The position numbers and the translations under genes are program-made. Positions 37,409 through 46,648 of a stretch of DNA of 64,000 nt are shown piece after piece. The notes under the pieces were generated by a model that was given only the letters and a program-made list of their open reading frames with translations, did no database searches and was not told the DNA's origin. The DNA comes from Escherichia phage vB_EcoM_G2469: the sequence record MK327934.1. The stretch is one strand, 5' to 3'. Each line of letters starts with the position of its first letter. Position 1 is the first letter of the stretch.

Positions 37409-39093
37409 GAGGCTTTCATTACAGTAAATCGTCCAACTTTGCTCATTTGCAAATGTTGTCCATAAGCTTGTGGGTCATGGTCTCTGTGACTAATTATAAA
37501 CACGTTTGCATCGGTTAGAGAGTTAAGAATTGTTGAAATAGCTTTAATACCTTCAGAATCAGTCGCGGAATCCATGACTTCGTCCATAATTAATGTATTG
37601 ATTCTAACACCAGAGACCTTTTCAGCGATATCTCGCCATGTAAACAACAATGCGATATCGATACGTGCCTTTTCACCTTGACTAAATGAAGCATAACTGA
37701 ATTCTTCACGTCCACGTGATTTTATAGATTCATTGAATTCTTCGTCAATAGAAAACACGTAATCAGCTTCCATGATTTTAAGATAATGGTTAATCTGCTT
37801 GTTGAACAGAGGCACATATTTTTTAATGATAGCACCTTTAATACCAGAATCTTTTAACATATCTGTGATAATACCACGATGGTATTTTTCAAGAACGATA
37901 TCCGATTTTGTTTTAATGATTTTATCAAGTTCTTTTTGAAGCAAAGCTATCTCATCGGCATGGTCGATAAATTCCGCCGAGGCTTGTTCTATTGCAGCTT
38001 TAACTTTCTTAGCTTTATCAATAGTGGCAATCATTGCTTGTTTCTTGGTACGAATATCAGATGCAATGTCCTGTTTAGTCTTAACATTAGCTCTATATTC
38101 GTCCACTAGGACACTCAGATTATCTCTGTGACAGGTAAGTTGCTCGAATGAGTGATTACATTCATGAAGCTTATCGGTAATCTTAGAGACAATAGGATCA
38201 CCCTGGTGCAACTGTGATGCACAAGTAGGACATGTGCCGCCATCATGATACATCTTAATAACTTTGTTATATGAGTCAATTTTAGATTTAATCAAGAATG
38301 CTTCTTGTCCTATCTTGTTGAATGCCTCAGTAGGGTCTTCATCAAGAACGATATTAAGTAGTCGCTCATTAGCTTCTTCTATTTCTGCTTTTAATGAACG
38401 AGCTTCTTTGGCTAGGTCGTCATACATATTCTGTAGACGCGCTACATTATCACCAGATAATTTCTTTTGACGTTCGATATTCTCGTTATAAATCTTAATT
38501 TGTTGGATAACACCATCTTTCTTGGCATCGAGAACTTGTCCCTGGGAATTAAGTTCTCGAACTTGAGACTTATTGATTTTATCCATTTCAGCGAGTGTGC
38601 CGACTTCTAAAAGGTCTTCGACAAGTTTTCTACGAGCAGGGGTGCTAAGAGCCATGAAAGGGGTATACCCTGCCGTCCCAAGCACAACTATTTGTTTAAA
38701 AGACGCGTATGACATTCCGATGCTACGTTCAAATTCTTCTTGGAAGTCACGACTGCTGGCAGATTCATCGAGACGAACACCATCAACGGAGATTTCGAAA
38801 ATATTGGGCTTTTGGCCACGTCTAATGAAGTATTTTTTATCATCGAATTCCATCCAAAGCTCAACTAAGAGCTCTTTCTTGTTCGTGCTATTAATGATTT
38901 GTCCTTTCTTAACATCACGAAATGGTTTACCGAAAAGTCCGAAAGTAATGGCTTCTAACATCGTAGATTTACCACCGCCGTTTTTACCTGTGATTAAGGT
39001 CTTTTGGACTTTATCTAATTGGATATCGATAAAATTTTGCCCAACAGACATTATATTTTTATAACGAACACGATTTAATTTAAATGTTTTCAC
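37405..39093 (-). CDS. 46: recombination endonuclease subunit (Rad50/SbcC-like)
   Basis: 562 aa; GTG start; Walker A GKNGGGKST; T4 gp46-like. Confidence 0.9.
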   Translation of the reverse strand: MKTFKLNRVRYKNIMSVGQNFIDIQLDKVQKTLITGKNGGGKSTMLEAITFGLFGKPFRDVKKGQIINSTNKKELLVELWMEFDDKKYFIRRGQKPNIFEISVDGVRLDESASSRDFQEEFERSIGMSYASFKQIVVLGTAGYTPFMALSTPARRKLVEDLLEVGTLAEMDKINKSQVRELNSQGQVLDAKKDGVIQQIKIYNENIERQKKLSGDNVARLQNMYDDLAKEARSLKAEIEEANERLLNIVLDEDPTEAFNKIGQEAFLIKSKIDSYNKVIKMYHDGGTCPTCASQLHQGDPIVSKITDKLHECNHSFEQLTCHRDNLSVLVDEYRANVKTKQDIASDIRTKKQAMIATIDKAKKVKAAIEQASAEFIDHADEIALLQKELDKIIKTKSDIVLEKYHRGIITDMLKDSGIKGAIIKKYVPLFNKQINHYLKIMEADYVFSIDEEFNESIKSRGREEFSYASFSQGEKARIDIALLFTWRDIAEKVSGVRINTLIMDEVMDSATDSEGIKAISTILNSLTDANVFIISHRDHDPQAYGQHLQMSKVGRFTVMKAS

Positions 39094-39940
39094 TTAAATT
39101 TTTCCTCATGAATTCAGAAACTAAAGCCTGTAAAGAACTTTGTATAGGATATCCTAAATTGACTAAATTTTTAGAAAAAGTCACATATTTAGGTTTGTTC
39201 ATTTTAACCCATTCAACGTAAAGCATATCAAAATTTTCCCAATGATATCCTTTTCTTCTAGATTTCAAATGAGTGTCTCTAACTTTAGGATTTTTCCAAC
39301 TGCGTGAAACTCCAGCCGATAATGATTCTCTATATTCGGCTGTTTTAGATATTTTACGACAAGCATCCAAATGTTTTTGTTTATTAATAGGGTCACTAAA
39401 CCACTTTTGGGTCATAATAGAGACGGTTTCTTTAAATTCCTTTGAACTTGTCATAATTCTGTGTTTCTTTAAATTTTCCGGATTTTTAAACCATGCTTTT
39501 AAAGCTTGACTAATCTTAATTCTATTATCCTGATTGGAATAGTATAATGTCATTTTTATAGAATTAACTTTACAAACATTTTCGAATTCTAAAGAATACG
39601 CCTCGGCTATATTATTTAGTTCATGCGTTGTACAATTTAAATTAAATCGCCCGGTATACATTCTTTGAAGCGCGTTAATCATCTTATGGTTGCCAGTTTT
39701 TGCCAAAATGCTATGTGCAATAAAATGGTTATAATGACTTAAATGACACAAGTTCCATTTACATGTTTTAAAATCTGGAAAAATAGATTTTGGTAGTATA
39801 TGGTGAACCTGAGTCAGTCCTTTTACTTTATTAGTGGAATTAGTTTTTATAAAGTTTAAATACTCATCAAGTCCTTCCCACGAAGGGAAGGAGGTTTTAA
39901 GAATTTTATAAATTTGAGTTTCATAATCAGTCTTCGTCAT
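39080..39940 (-). CDS. HNH-like endonuclease
   Basis: HNH-like stretch QVHHILPKSIF...NLCHLSHYNHFIAH; start set to ATG 39938-39940 with gagga SD. Confidence 0.55.
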   Translation of the reverse strand: MTKTDYETQIYKILKTSFPSWEGLDEYLNFIKTNSTNKVKGLTQVHHILPKSIFPDFKTCKWNLCHLSHYNHFIAHSILAKTGNHKMINALQRMYTGRFNLNCTTHELNNIAEAYSLEFENVCKVNSIKMTLYYSNQDNRIKISQALKAWFKNPENLKKHRIMTSSKEFKETVSIMTQKWFSDPINKQKHLDACRKISKTAEYRESLSAGVSRSWKNPKVRDTHLKSRRKGYHWENFDMLYVEWVKMNKPKYVTFSKNLVNLGYPIQSSLQALVSEFMRKNLSENI

Positions 39941-40184
39941 TATACGCATCCTCAATACACGCTTCAGCCATTTTAAGAATAGAGCCGGGAGTATCGTTGT
40001 CCATTATATTAAAGCTAAATTCAATAGCCCAGTCGGTGCAGACATGAACTGCTTTAACTTCATTGCCTTCAACGCGTAATGGCTCAATCCAATACTTGAT
40101 AGTGTTCTCGAATCCATCATCATCTTTAACGTCCATTTCAACTTCAAGCCCAAGCCCAGCATTGTTAAATTCATCTAAAGTCAT
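39927..40184 (-). CDS. small acidic hypothetical protein
   Basis: 85-aa ORF, ATG start, 4-nt overlap with gene 47. Confidence 0.45.
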   Translation of the reverse strand: MTLDEFNNAGLGLEVEMDVKDDDGFENTIKYWIEPLRVEGNEVKAVHVCTDWAIEFSFNIMDNDTPGSILKMAEACIEDAYNDED

Positions 40185-41200
40185 TGTGTTGCCTCAATAT
40201 AAAGTTCGTTGGAATATTTGACCAGCGCTTCTCTGTCTTCGTCTGAGATATCTGGAATCGCGTCAATATATTCTTTAATGATATCTTGAAGTGATTTAAT
40301 CTCGATTTCCTGGTCGTCATCAAATTCAACACTATTATCAACTTTAGAAACCATACGAAGAGAGTGAACTACTTTTTCAAGTTCAGATTCAAACTTAGTC
40401 AACTCTGAATCAATTTCTGATACTATAACACGTACGGCTAGATTAGTATAATCAGAATAATTGATTTTGCCTTTAAACGGATAAGTGATTCGTCGATGCC
40501 ATGTTGTTTCATTAGGAATAAATTCCATACGTTCAACATCAGTGTCAAATACCCAGAATCCGCGCGGGTCGTTCTCATCACCTGCAGTAAGGGTCCATGG
40601 TGTCCCAATATATTTGACGTTAGCAGCTTCAGAGATTGTGTGGAAGTGGCCGGACCAGACTTGTTTATAGGTCTTTAAGAAATCAGGTTCAAGCCCATGA
40701 GACTTCATCCCTTTATAGAAATAAAAGCCATTCAGTTCCCAGTGACCAACACAATACGCTGCAGAAGAAGTCTTGATGTGCTCTAAGATTTCACCTGTAT
40801 TTTCTTCACACATCCATGGAACGATATCAATCAGACATCCGTCAAAATCTACAGTAGTCGGATGCTCATAAATAGTAAAGTTTTCAAATTGAGTTAACAA
40901 TTCAGAAACAGTGTTAGGTGTTATTGTATTCTTAAACGCCATGTCATGGTTTCCTATCGTGACATGAACGTGAATGCCTGCTTTAGAAATCATATCAACG
41001 ATTTCACGATTGAATTCCATTGTACGATGTGTTATTGCTTTACGGACGTCAAACCAATCACCGTACTGAATCCAAGTTTTAATCCCGTGTTTCTTAGAGT
41101 ATTCAATTGCTTGTCGAATACCATCACGTTGAATATCTTGAACCCATGGGTCGTCTTGTTTGACTCCGATATGGAAGTCGCCTAAGTGCAAAATTTTCAT
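40181..41200 (-). CDS. 47: recombination endonuclease subunit (Mre11/SbcD-like)
   Basis: 339 aa; phosphoesterase motifs GDFH, GNHD. Confidence 0.9.
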   Translation of the reverse strand: MKILHLGDFHIGVKQDDPWVQDIQRDGIRQAIEYSKKHGIKTWIQYGDWFDVRKAITHRTMEFNREIVDMISKAGIHVHVTIGNHDMAFKNTITPNTVSELLTQFENFTIYEHPTTVDFDGCLIDIVPWMCEENTGEILEHIKTSSAAYCVGHWELNGFYFYKGMKSHGLEPDFLKTYKQVWSGHFHTISEAANVKYIGTPWTLTAGDENDPRGFWVFDTDVERMEFIPNETTWHRRITYPFKGKINYSDYTNLAVRVIVSEIDSELTKFESELEKVVHSLRMVSKVDNSVEFDDDQEIEIKSLQDIIKEYIDAIPDISDEDREALVKYSNELYIEATQ

Positions 41201-41243
41201 ATTATTTCCTCATTAGTTAATTCATTCTATCATCCGTTTATAA

Positions 41244-41271
41244 AGCAAAAAAGGAACTCCGAAGAGTTCCT
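41244..41271 (-). terminator. intrinsic terminator (ggaactc-UUCG-gagttcc plus U6)
   Basis: perfect 8-bp stem, tetraloop, A6 on plus strand. Confidence 0.6.
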
Positions 41272-41443
41272 ATCCACATAGTACACCGTACAGAGGCTCA
41301 TTTGAACTTTTAAATCGAATGGGCTTGTACGTAATAGTTCCTTCGGCTTTAGCTTTATCATAAGACTCTTTAAAACGTCTCATTCTTTCTGCTTTGCCTT
41401 TACGGATTTTATCGAAATTTTCAGAAGTCGGGATGTTCGTCAT
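41270..41443 (-). CDS. small basic protein (57 aa), not in ORF track
   Basis: MTNIPTSENFDKIRKGK...; ends at the terminator hairpin. Confidence 0.3.
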   Translation of the reverse strand: MTNIPTSENFDKIRKGKAERMRRFKESYDKAKAEGTITYKPIRFKSSNEPLYGVLCG

Positions 41444-41482
41444 GCATAATCATCTCTCAGAAAATACCTAAACCGATTTCTC

Positions 41483-41689
41483 TCATCGTTTCCACCATTT
41501 CTTAACTTGAAATGAATCGACCCACACGAGTTGTTTTGGGTCTGCCTTTACAATAGGCGGACAAATTTCTGTAATAGAACCGTCGTGATATTCCTTTTCA
41601 GAAATTTTAACACAAAGAGGACCTCCCAATTTAAGGGTGAACCCTGCGTTCAGCCTCAGACGTTTAAACTTTGTTTGAACTAGCGCCAT
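41483..41689 (-). CDS. small hypothetical protein
   Basis: start moved to ATG 41687-41689 with gagga SD. Confidence 0.4.
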   Translation of the reverse strand: MALVQTKFKRLRLNAGFTLKLGGPLCVKISEKEYHDGSITEICPPIVKADPKQLVWVDSFQVKKWWKR

Positions 41690-41987
41690 TAATGATGTCC
41701 TCAATAGCCTGACGAGTAGTAACCCACTGGATTTTAATTAACTTGTCATTGTATGGTTGTCGTAGAATATCCCGAGATTTCTTAATAGCATATTCGTAAG
41801 CTTCGAAGTTGTTTTGAATTGCTGCTTCTTGAGCATGAGCATAAAGACGGTTTAGTTCAAAACGATTCTTTTTAAGAATCTTTTCGGATTTTTTACGTGC
41901 TTCAGCTTCATTTTTCTTTTGGATTTCTTGTAGCATTTTAGCTACTGCATCTTCTGCTTCTTTATTTTCAATAATCTCGGTAGTCAT
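41664..41987 (-). CDS. hypothetical protein
   Basis: 107-aa ORF, ATG start. Confidence 0.5.
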   Translation of the reverse strand: MTTEIIENKEAEDAVAKMLQEIQKKNEAEARKKSEKILKKNRFELNRLYAHAQEAAIQNNFEAYEYAIKKSRDILRQPYNDKLIKIQWVTTRQAIEDIINGASSNKV

Positions 41988-41988
41988 A

Positions 41989-42204
41989 TTATCTCATTAA
42001 ATTAAAATAAAAACGTCCATCCTCTTCAATACAGAACTCATATTCAACTGGAGTCCCGTTTATCGAAAATGACACGTCATGTGGGTTCAAAGGGTCGATG
42101 TCAAAATTAATTTTAAATTCACGACCCAACAGTTTTACCAAATAAGGGATTGCTTCGTCAAAAGGTTCTTCTAAGTAGTTAGAGATGTCAATTGTCATCC
42201 TCAT
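41989..42204 (-). CDS. small hypothetical protein
   Basis: track ORF extends into gene 55; start set to internal ATG near 42198-42204. Confidence 0.4.
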   Translation of the reverse strand: MRMTIDISNYLEEPFDEAIPYLVKLLGREFKINFDIDPLNPHDVSFSINGTPVEYEFCIEEDGRFYFNLMR

Positions 42205-42745
42205 ATAAAAAATCCAAACTAGGCGAATCGCTAACAACTTCCTTCTTTTCAGCCCCAGGAGCTTTATAAGCGGATTCTTCATAATGCGTCATTTTATCGT
42301 AGATGTCTTGAATAAACGTTTCATCTACCAACGCTACCATATCATCGTCATGACTGTCGTAGACATTATGAACGAAGTAACTATATTTCTTTGCAACTTC
42401 CTTACGTTCTTTTTTGATACGTTGGACAAAAGCATTAAAACAAGCTCGAGTTATGTATGCATGTGGGTTATTGTACTTAGTTTCGTCGAAATTATGAAGT
42501 CCCTTAATAGAGGCTTCAATCCCATCTGCAATCATCTCCTGCTTCCAAGACTGGGTATATCCTGAAAAGTTGAAACGTTTGGACAGGCCTTCGGCGATAA
42601 GCATAATTGCTAAACCGATGGTATCATTCTGACGAATAATTTTGTTTGGGTCTTTATTATTTAAGAGCTCCTTTTTCCACTCGATTATAGCGGCGAGAAG
42701 CTCTTTATTATTCACATAGTTATTTTTAGGTTTTTGTTCAGTCAT
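42188..42745 (-). CDS. 55: late-transcription sigma factor
   Basis: T4 gp55-like throughout; start at ATG 42743-42745 gives 185 aa as in T4. Confidence 0.85.
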   Translation of the reverse strand: MTEQKPKNNYVNNKELLAAIIEWKKELLNNKDPNKIIRQNDTIGLAIMLIAEGLSKRFNFSGYTQSWKQEMIADGIEASIKGLHNFDETKYNNPHAYITRACFNAFVQRIKKERKEVAKKYSYFVHNVYDSHDDDMVALVDETFIQDIYDKMTHYEESAYKAPGAEKKEVVSDSPSLDFLYEDDN

Positions 42746-42764
42746 AAGTACCTCTTGGCTCAAT

Positions 42765-42815
42765 TCATAGGTCTATTATATCATAATATTTAGAGACCTA
42801 TCTTAAAGCACGAGA
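42765..42815 (-). promoter_or_regulatory. promoter region for gene 55 (MotA-box-like TGCTTTA and TATAAT flanked by ataggtct/agacctat inverted repeat)
   Basis: read on minus strand. Confidence 0.4.
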
Positions 42816-42817
42816 TA

Positions 42818-43086
42818 CTATCGGAGCAAACAATAAGCCTGAAACACTTTTTCCATTAAACGTTTGAACTCATGGATATCGATATAAAGCTCAGTAAGAC
42901 CGGCATTATAAAGAAAATCTAAAAAGTTCTCATGTGTTTCGTTATAGTCGCCTTCGTTTAATTGAGATACATGAGTTTCCCAAAAACCAACACCTTTAAC
43001 GAATGGAAATACGTGACTTTCATGTATTCGTCAACATAAAATTCGCCCAGCTTTTCTTCAGTTATACTGATTCGAGTTAATTTCAT
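42818..43086 (-). pseudogene. probable frameshifted small gene (about 88 codons across two frames)
   Basis: ATG at 43084-43086 in ATGA overlap opens 42 codons; a 70-codon open frame with no start codon continues in the +2 frame to 42818. Confidence 0.35.
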
Positions 43087-43310
43087 TCTAGTTCCTTTGC
43101 TGCTTCAAGAGCAGCATCCAGCGAATCAAATTGGTCAACGAAATCAATATTCAACGCATCGTCAACCGTAGCATATAACCACCATTGTTTGAATTCGTAT
43201 TCTAGAATAAATCCAGGACCTTCAATCTGAGGAAGACCTAGACTATTTGTACCAACTTCGTAACCAGCTAGACGCAGGTCATTAATCAAAGTTTCTGTTA
43301 ATACGCTCAT
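43083..43310 (-). CDS. small acidic hypothetical protein
   Basis: 75-aa ORF, ATG start. Confidence 0.5.
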   Translation of the reverse strand: MSVLTETLINDLRLAGYEVGTNSLGLPQIEGPGFILEYEFKQWWLYATVDDALNIDFVDQFDSLDAALEAAKELE

Positions 43311-43639
43311 TTTACCGCCTTAACAATTTTAAGGTCAACGAATTTTTTCTTACGTTGATTTTTCATACGACGGATAGTCTTTTCAGAGATTTCATGTTTC
43401 TGATAAGCTTTAGATTCAACACCAAATGCAGCAACGTCAAATTCAGAAAGAATATATTGTACTAGAATTTCACGAATAGAATTACGTCCAATTTTCTGGT
43501 CGTGTTTTTGCATGATTTCATAAAGACGGAATTCCCACGCATCAAGAACTTGAGGAGTAACAATATTGCCAGATTCCAGAAGAGCAACAACTTTATCGAA
43601 AGCGAAAGAATTAACTACGTTTTTGATTTTAGTAGACAT
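43307..43639 (-). CDS. hypothetical protein
   Basis: start moved to ATG 43637-43639 with gagga SD. Confidence 0.5.
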   Translation of the reverse strand: MSTKIKNVVNSFAFDKVVALLESGNIVTPQVLDAWEFRLYEIMQKHDQKIGRNSIREILVQYILSEFDVAAFGVESKAYQKHEISEKTIRRMKNQRKKKFVDLKIVKAVK

Positions 43640-43676
43640 ATTATTTTCCTCGGTTATTTTATTATCCAACGAGAGA

Positions 43677-43706
43677 ATTATACTCATCTCTCAAGAGTTT
43701 GTATAC
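43677..43706 (-). promoter_or_regulatory. early-type promoter (GTATAC -35, TATAAT -10)
   Basis: -10 flanked by gagag/ctctc inverted repeat. Confidence 0.45.
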
Positions 43707-43945
43707 TATTTTTTAAGCATGAAAAGTAAGTAATTTGTATCACGTGGAGTAATATCAACACCCATATCAAAGATGCCTTTATAGATTGGGTATTTGTTTT
43801 CGGTTGTATCGAAGCTGAAACTATTTCCATCACAACTAACAGTAATAGCATCTGTTAAAATGTCATACTCAATCCTAACAATTGAATCCCCAATTTTAAC
43901 GTCGAGGTGTTTTTTGAATTTGATAAAATCTAATTCTTGGGCCAT
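43706..43945 (-). CDS. hypothetical protein
   Basis: 79-aa ORF, ATG start. Confidence 0.5.
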   Translation of the reverse strand: MAQELDFIKFKKHLDVKIGDSIVRIEYDILTDAITVSCDGNSFSFDTTENKYPIYKGIFDMGVDITPRDTNYLLFMLKK

Positions 43946-43976
43946 GATATTTTCCTCATTTTAAGACGATAGGAAG

Positions 43977-44005
43977 ATAATAACATGTCTTCCTATCGTT
44001 GTACA
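43977..44005 (-). promoter_or_regulatory. early-type promoter (TGTACA -35, TATTAT -10)
   Basis: -10 flanked by gataggaaga/tcttcctatc inverted repeat. Confidence 0.45.
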
Positions 44006-44008
44006 TTA

Positions 44009-44209
44009 TTAACCGAACTTTTTAGCGCCTTTCCAGCCTTCGTACATAACTGCACAAGTCAGTAGTACAGCGTGCTGGCATTCTTTGTATTTGTAAATCC
44101 AGAACCAGCGTAAGAAGTCTTCATCCTCAACGCCGTTGAGTTTCATATTGGCAAAGAATTCGGCACGTTCTTCACGAAGCTTTTGCGATAACATAGATTC
44201 AGGATTCAT
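44009..44209 (-). CDS. small hypothetical protein
   Basis: 66-aa ORF, ATG start. Confidence 0.45.
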   Translation of the reverse strand: MNPESMLSQKLREERAEFFANMKLNGVEDEDFLRWFWIYKYKECQHAVLLTCAVMYEGWKGAKKFG

Positions 44210-44340
44210 TTTGTGTTCCAGGCCCCATTTTCATCGATGAACTTAATCCAGTCATTTACAGACCATTTAGTTGTATCACCCTTTGGATTAACATTTAAAG
44301 TATATAATCCCTGCTTAAAAAGCATTCGTTTGATATTCAT
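44206..44340 (-). CDS. small hypothetical protein
   Basis: start moved to ATG 44338-44340 with gagg SD. Confidence 0.35.
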   Translation of the reverse strand: MNIKRMLFKQGLYTLNVNPKGDTTKWSVNDWIKFIDENGAWNTK

Positions 44341-44347
44341 AATTTCC

Positions 44348-44641
44348 TCAACTGTAACGATAACATTCGTTAGCTTTACGTTTGGCTTCAGTATGAGAAG
44401 TATTATAATCATACTCTTCTTTACTGTAAACATCTTTTTTCAACTTACGAACTTCTTTGCGGAGTTGTCGATTCATTTCGTTCTTGACTTCAGAATCAAC
44501 GCCTTTCATACGTTTCCATTTATCTGAGCGGAAGATGTTTTCAACCATGTCTTTGTGGCTAACACCGTCAGGAGCTTTACGCTTACCAAAATAGTCGTAA
44601 TCGCGAACTTTCAAATCTTTACGACGATATGTTTTACCCAT
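44348..44641 (-). CDS. basic hypothetical protein
   Basis: start moved to ATG 44639-44641 with gagg SD; Lys/Arg-rich. Confidence 0.4.
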   Translation of the reverse strand: MGKTYRRKDLKVRDYDYFGKRKAPDGVSHKDMVENIFRSDKWKRMKGVDSEVKNEMNRQLRKEVRKLKKDVYSKEEYDYNTSHTEAKRKANECYRYS

Positions 44642-44648
44642 AAGTACC

Positions 44649-44897
44649 TCAGAGGTTGATTGATACAACGCGTTTGATAAAATTCACTTCACTTACTGAA
44701 AGGTCTTTAAGACCGATTGATTCTAAACGCTGAGTAAGCGTCAACATCGGGATATAATCCCAATGAGTTTTAGTTGCTTGATAAGTACGAACTCCATTAG
44801 CAATTTCAACGTTCAAATCGGAAATGGTAATGAATATCGGACGCTCGTCATTAACTTTAAGGGTTAGAACAACTTTCTTTGAATCTAAACTAATCAT
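44649..44897 (-). CDS. hypothetical protein
   Basis: 82-aa ORF, ATG start. Confidence 0.45.
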   Translation of the reverse strand: MISLDSKKVVLTLKVNDERPIFITISDLNVEIANGVRTYQATKTHWDYIPMLTLTQRLESIGLKDLSVSEVNFIKRVVSINL

Positions 44898-45076
44898 GAC
44901 TTAATTTCCTTCGCAATTGAACAGAAGATACCACGGTCACAAAGCATTTCACCAATTTCTGGATATTTGATTGAACGGTACCAAACATCCAGGCTTGAAA
45001 CTCTGGTTATCTGTATGGCATTACCATTGACAGAATAGTACTGGTCAACCTTAATTTCTTTATCTTCAATTGTCAT
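44894..45076 (-). CDS. small hypothetical protein
   Basis: start moved to ATG 45074-45076 with gagga SD; upstream part of track ORF is promoter. Confidence 0.4.
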   Translation of the reverse strand: MTIEDKEIKVDQYYSVNGNAIQITRVSSLDVWYRSIKYPEIGEMLCDRGIFCSIAKEIKS

Positions 45077-45104
45077 TTTATTTTCCTCTATAGTAGATGG
45101 TTTA

Positions 45105-45133
45105 ATCTTAACACATCTATTGAGGATGTAAAC
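45105..45133 (-). promoter_or_regulatory. early-type promoter GTTTAC-N17-TAAGAT
   Basis: read on minus strand. Confidence 0.45.
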
Positions 45134-45225
45134 TGTTTTATGAAAATATTTTTTGATTTGAGAGGGGCACAAGGAGATAGTGAAGTGAAGATTCCAATGG
45201 ATTATATTAGAAATGAGATAAAGAA

Positions 45226-45244
45226 GACCAGGCGGCACCTGGTC
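45226..45244 (-). terminator. hairpin gaccagg-cggca-cctggtc followed by U-rich tract
   Basis: perfect 7-bp stem overlapping the nrdH-like stop. Confidence 0.4.
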
Positions 45245-45566
45245 AATCTTCTATGATATCAGAGTCATATCCTAATGAAATCAAGGACTTTTTAAACTCT
45301 GCAATATTCTTTTGTTTCTTATCATTTAAAAATATGACAGGATAACGAATATTAAGTGAAGTGAATCCTGCACGTTTAGCAAGAGATACGATTAAAGGAC
45401 GGTCATATTCAATCTTACCATTATTAGTGAGGACTTTATAAAATGTATAAGGAGCATTGAGATCCTTTAAAAGTTTTGTAACAGCATAACATCCTGGACA
45501 ACGTCCTACTTCTTCAGGAATGCCATAGATTTCAATCTTGTTCTTTAAGTTCGAGTTTTGTTCCAC
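45243..45566 (-). CDS. nrdH: glutaredoxin-like protein (NrdH-like)
   Basis: CPGC redox motif; probable GTG start at 45564-45566 after aaggaa SD. Confidence 0.55.
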   Translation of the reverse strand: MEQNSNLKNKIEIYGIPEEVGRCPGCYAVTKLLKDLNAPYTFYKVLTNNGKIEYDRPLIVSLAKRAGFTSLNIRYPVIFLNDKKQKNIAEFKKSLISLGYDSDIIED

Positions 45567-45849
45567 GAGAAATAATTCCTTGGTAAGCCCAATAAGGAGG
45601 ATTAACAGAATCCTCGCCAGAGTTTTCTTCAGGAAAATAAACCTGGATAACAAATCCAGATTCATCAAAGGTAAAATAAACCGTAGGCAATTCACCTAAC
45701 AATTCGGCACGAGCATTAATTTCTTCTAGATCTCGTTCACGTCCAGCCCAAAAACTAGGATTTAGATTACATTCGTAAAAATAATAGTCATTACCGAACA
45801 TATCAAAACCATTCCAACTCTCTACTACATACCGCTCAAAACTAATCAT
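45532..45849 (-). CDS. hypothetical protein
   Basis: 105-aa ORF, ATG start. Confidence 0.45.
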   Translation of the reverse strand: MISFERYVVESWNGFDMFGNDYYFYECNLNPSFWAGRERDLEEINARAELLGELPTVYFTFDESGFVIQVYFPEENSGEDSVNPPYWAYQGIISRGTKLELKEQD

Positions 45850-45851
45850 AA

Positions 45852-46067
45852 TTAAGCCTTTTTATCAAGAACAGAATTCAGTTTATTAGTAATTTTGTCC
45901 AAACGTTCATTGAATTCGCTGGAGGATAAACCCTTTTCTGGAGAAATTAAACTAATCACGAAAAATACACCAGTAAAAGGAATAAGAAAAATAGCTCCAA
46001 CTGCCATAAACAAAAAGAACGTTACAGTTGTAAGAAAATCAGCTAAACCTTTACGAAATTTGTACAT
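45852..46067 (-). CDS. small membrane protein
   Basis: 71 aa, two hydrophobic helices. Confidence 0.45.
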   Translation of the reverse strand: MYKFRKGLADFLTTVTFFLFMAVGAIFLIPFTGVFFVISLISPEKGLSSSEFNERLDKITNKLNSVLDKKA

Positions 46068-46177
46068 ATTTACCCTTAATTAACTAAGCATTGATAATCA
46101 TTAAACTATATTGCGAATAAAATTCTGGACCAAAACGAAAAATCATATCATTTATAGTATCCATAATGTAATTCAAT

Positions 46178-46648
46178 TTAATCATGTTTCCACACCCCAT
46201 CGGTATTTGACCAAAGTCGCTGATTATCTGATCCTCGCCACAGCTTTTTAGTCGGAAGATTTTTCTCATACTTCCCATCAATAATAACATCAACATATTT
46301 AAGCATTTCTAGTTGTTTAATATCTTCAAACTTATATCCTGTCCACAACCAAATGCTTTTATTGGGATAAAGATTTTTTACTGTTTGAGCAATGCAATGA
46401 ATAACATCTCGGTTATCAGGATAGAGAGGGTCACCTCCGGTTATAGTTAATCCTTCTATATAATCATTATTCAAACATTCAATTAATTGTTCTAGTGTTT
46501 CACCAGTGAATGGAACACCATTTCTAGCATTCCATGTTGATTTATTATAACACCCTTCGCATTTATGCAAACAACCCGTAACGAAAAGAACGACCCTGCA
46601 TCCGGGGCCATTCACAAAATCGCAAGGATAAAATCTATCATAATTCAT
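46178..46648 (-). CDS. nrdG: anaerobic ribonucleotide reductase activating protein (radical SAM)
   Basis: 156 aa; CxxxCxxC-type cluster TGCLHKCEGC. Confidence 0.9.
   Translation of the reverse strand: MNYDRFYPCDFVNGPGCRVVLFVTGCLHKCEGCYNKSTWNARNGVPFTGETLEQLIECLNNDYIEGLTITGGDPLYPDNRDVIHCIAQTVKNLYPNKSIWLWTGYKFEDIKQLEMLKYVDVIIDGKYEKNLPTKKLWRGSDNQRLWSNTDGVWKHD

Noticed and set aside
46084-46296. 70-aa ORF overlapping the 3-prime end of nrdG
   Set aside because: Most of it overlaps nrdG in another frame; only a tail of about 33 codons downstream of the nrdG stop could be coding, with a weak SD.
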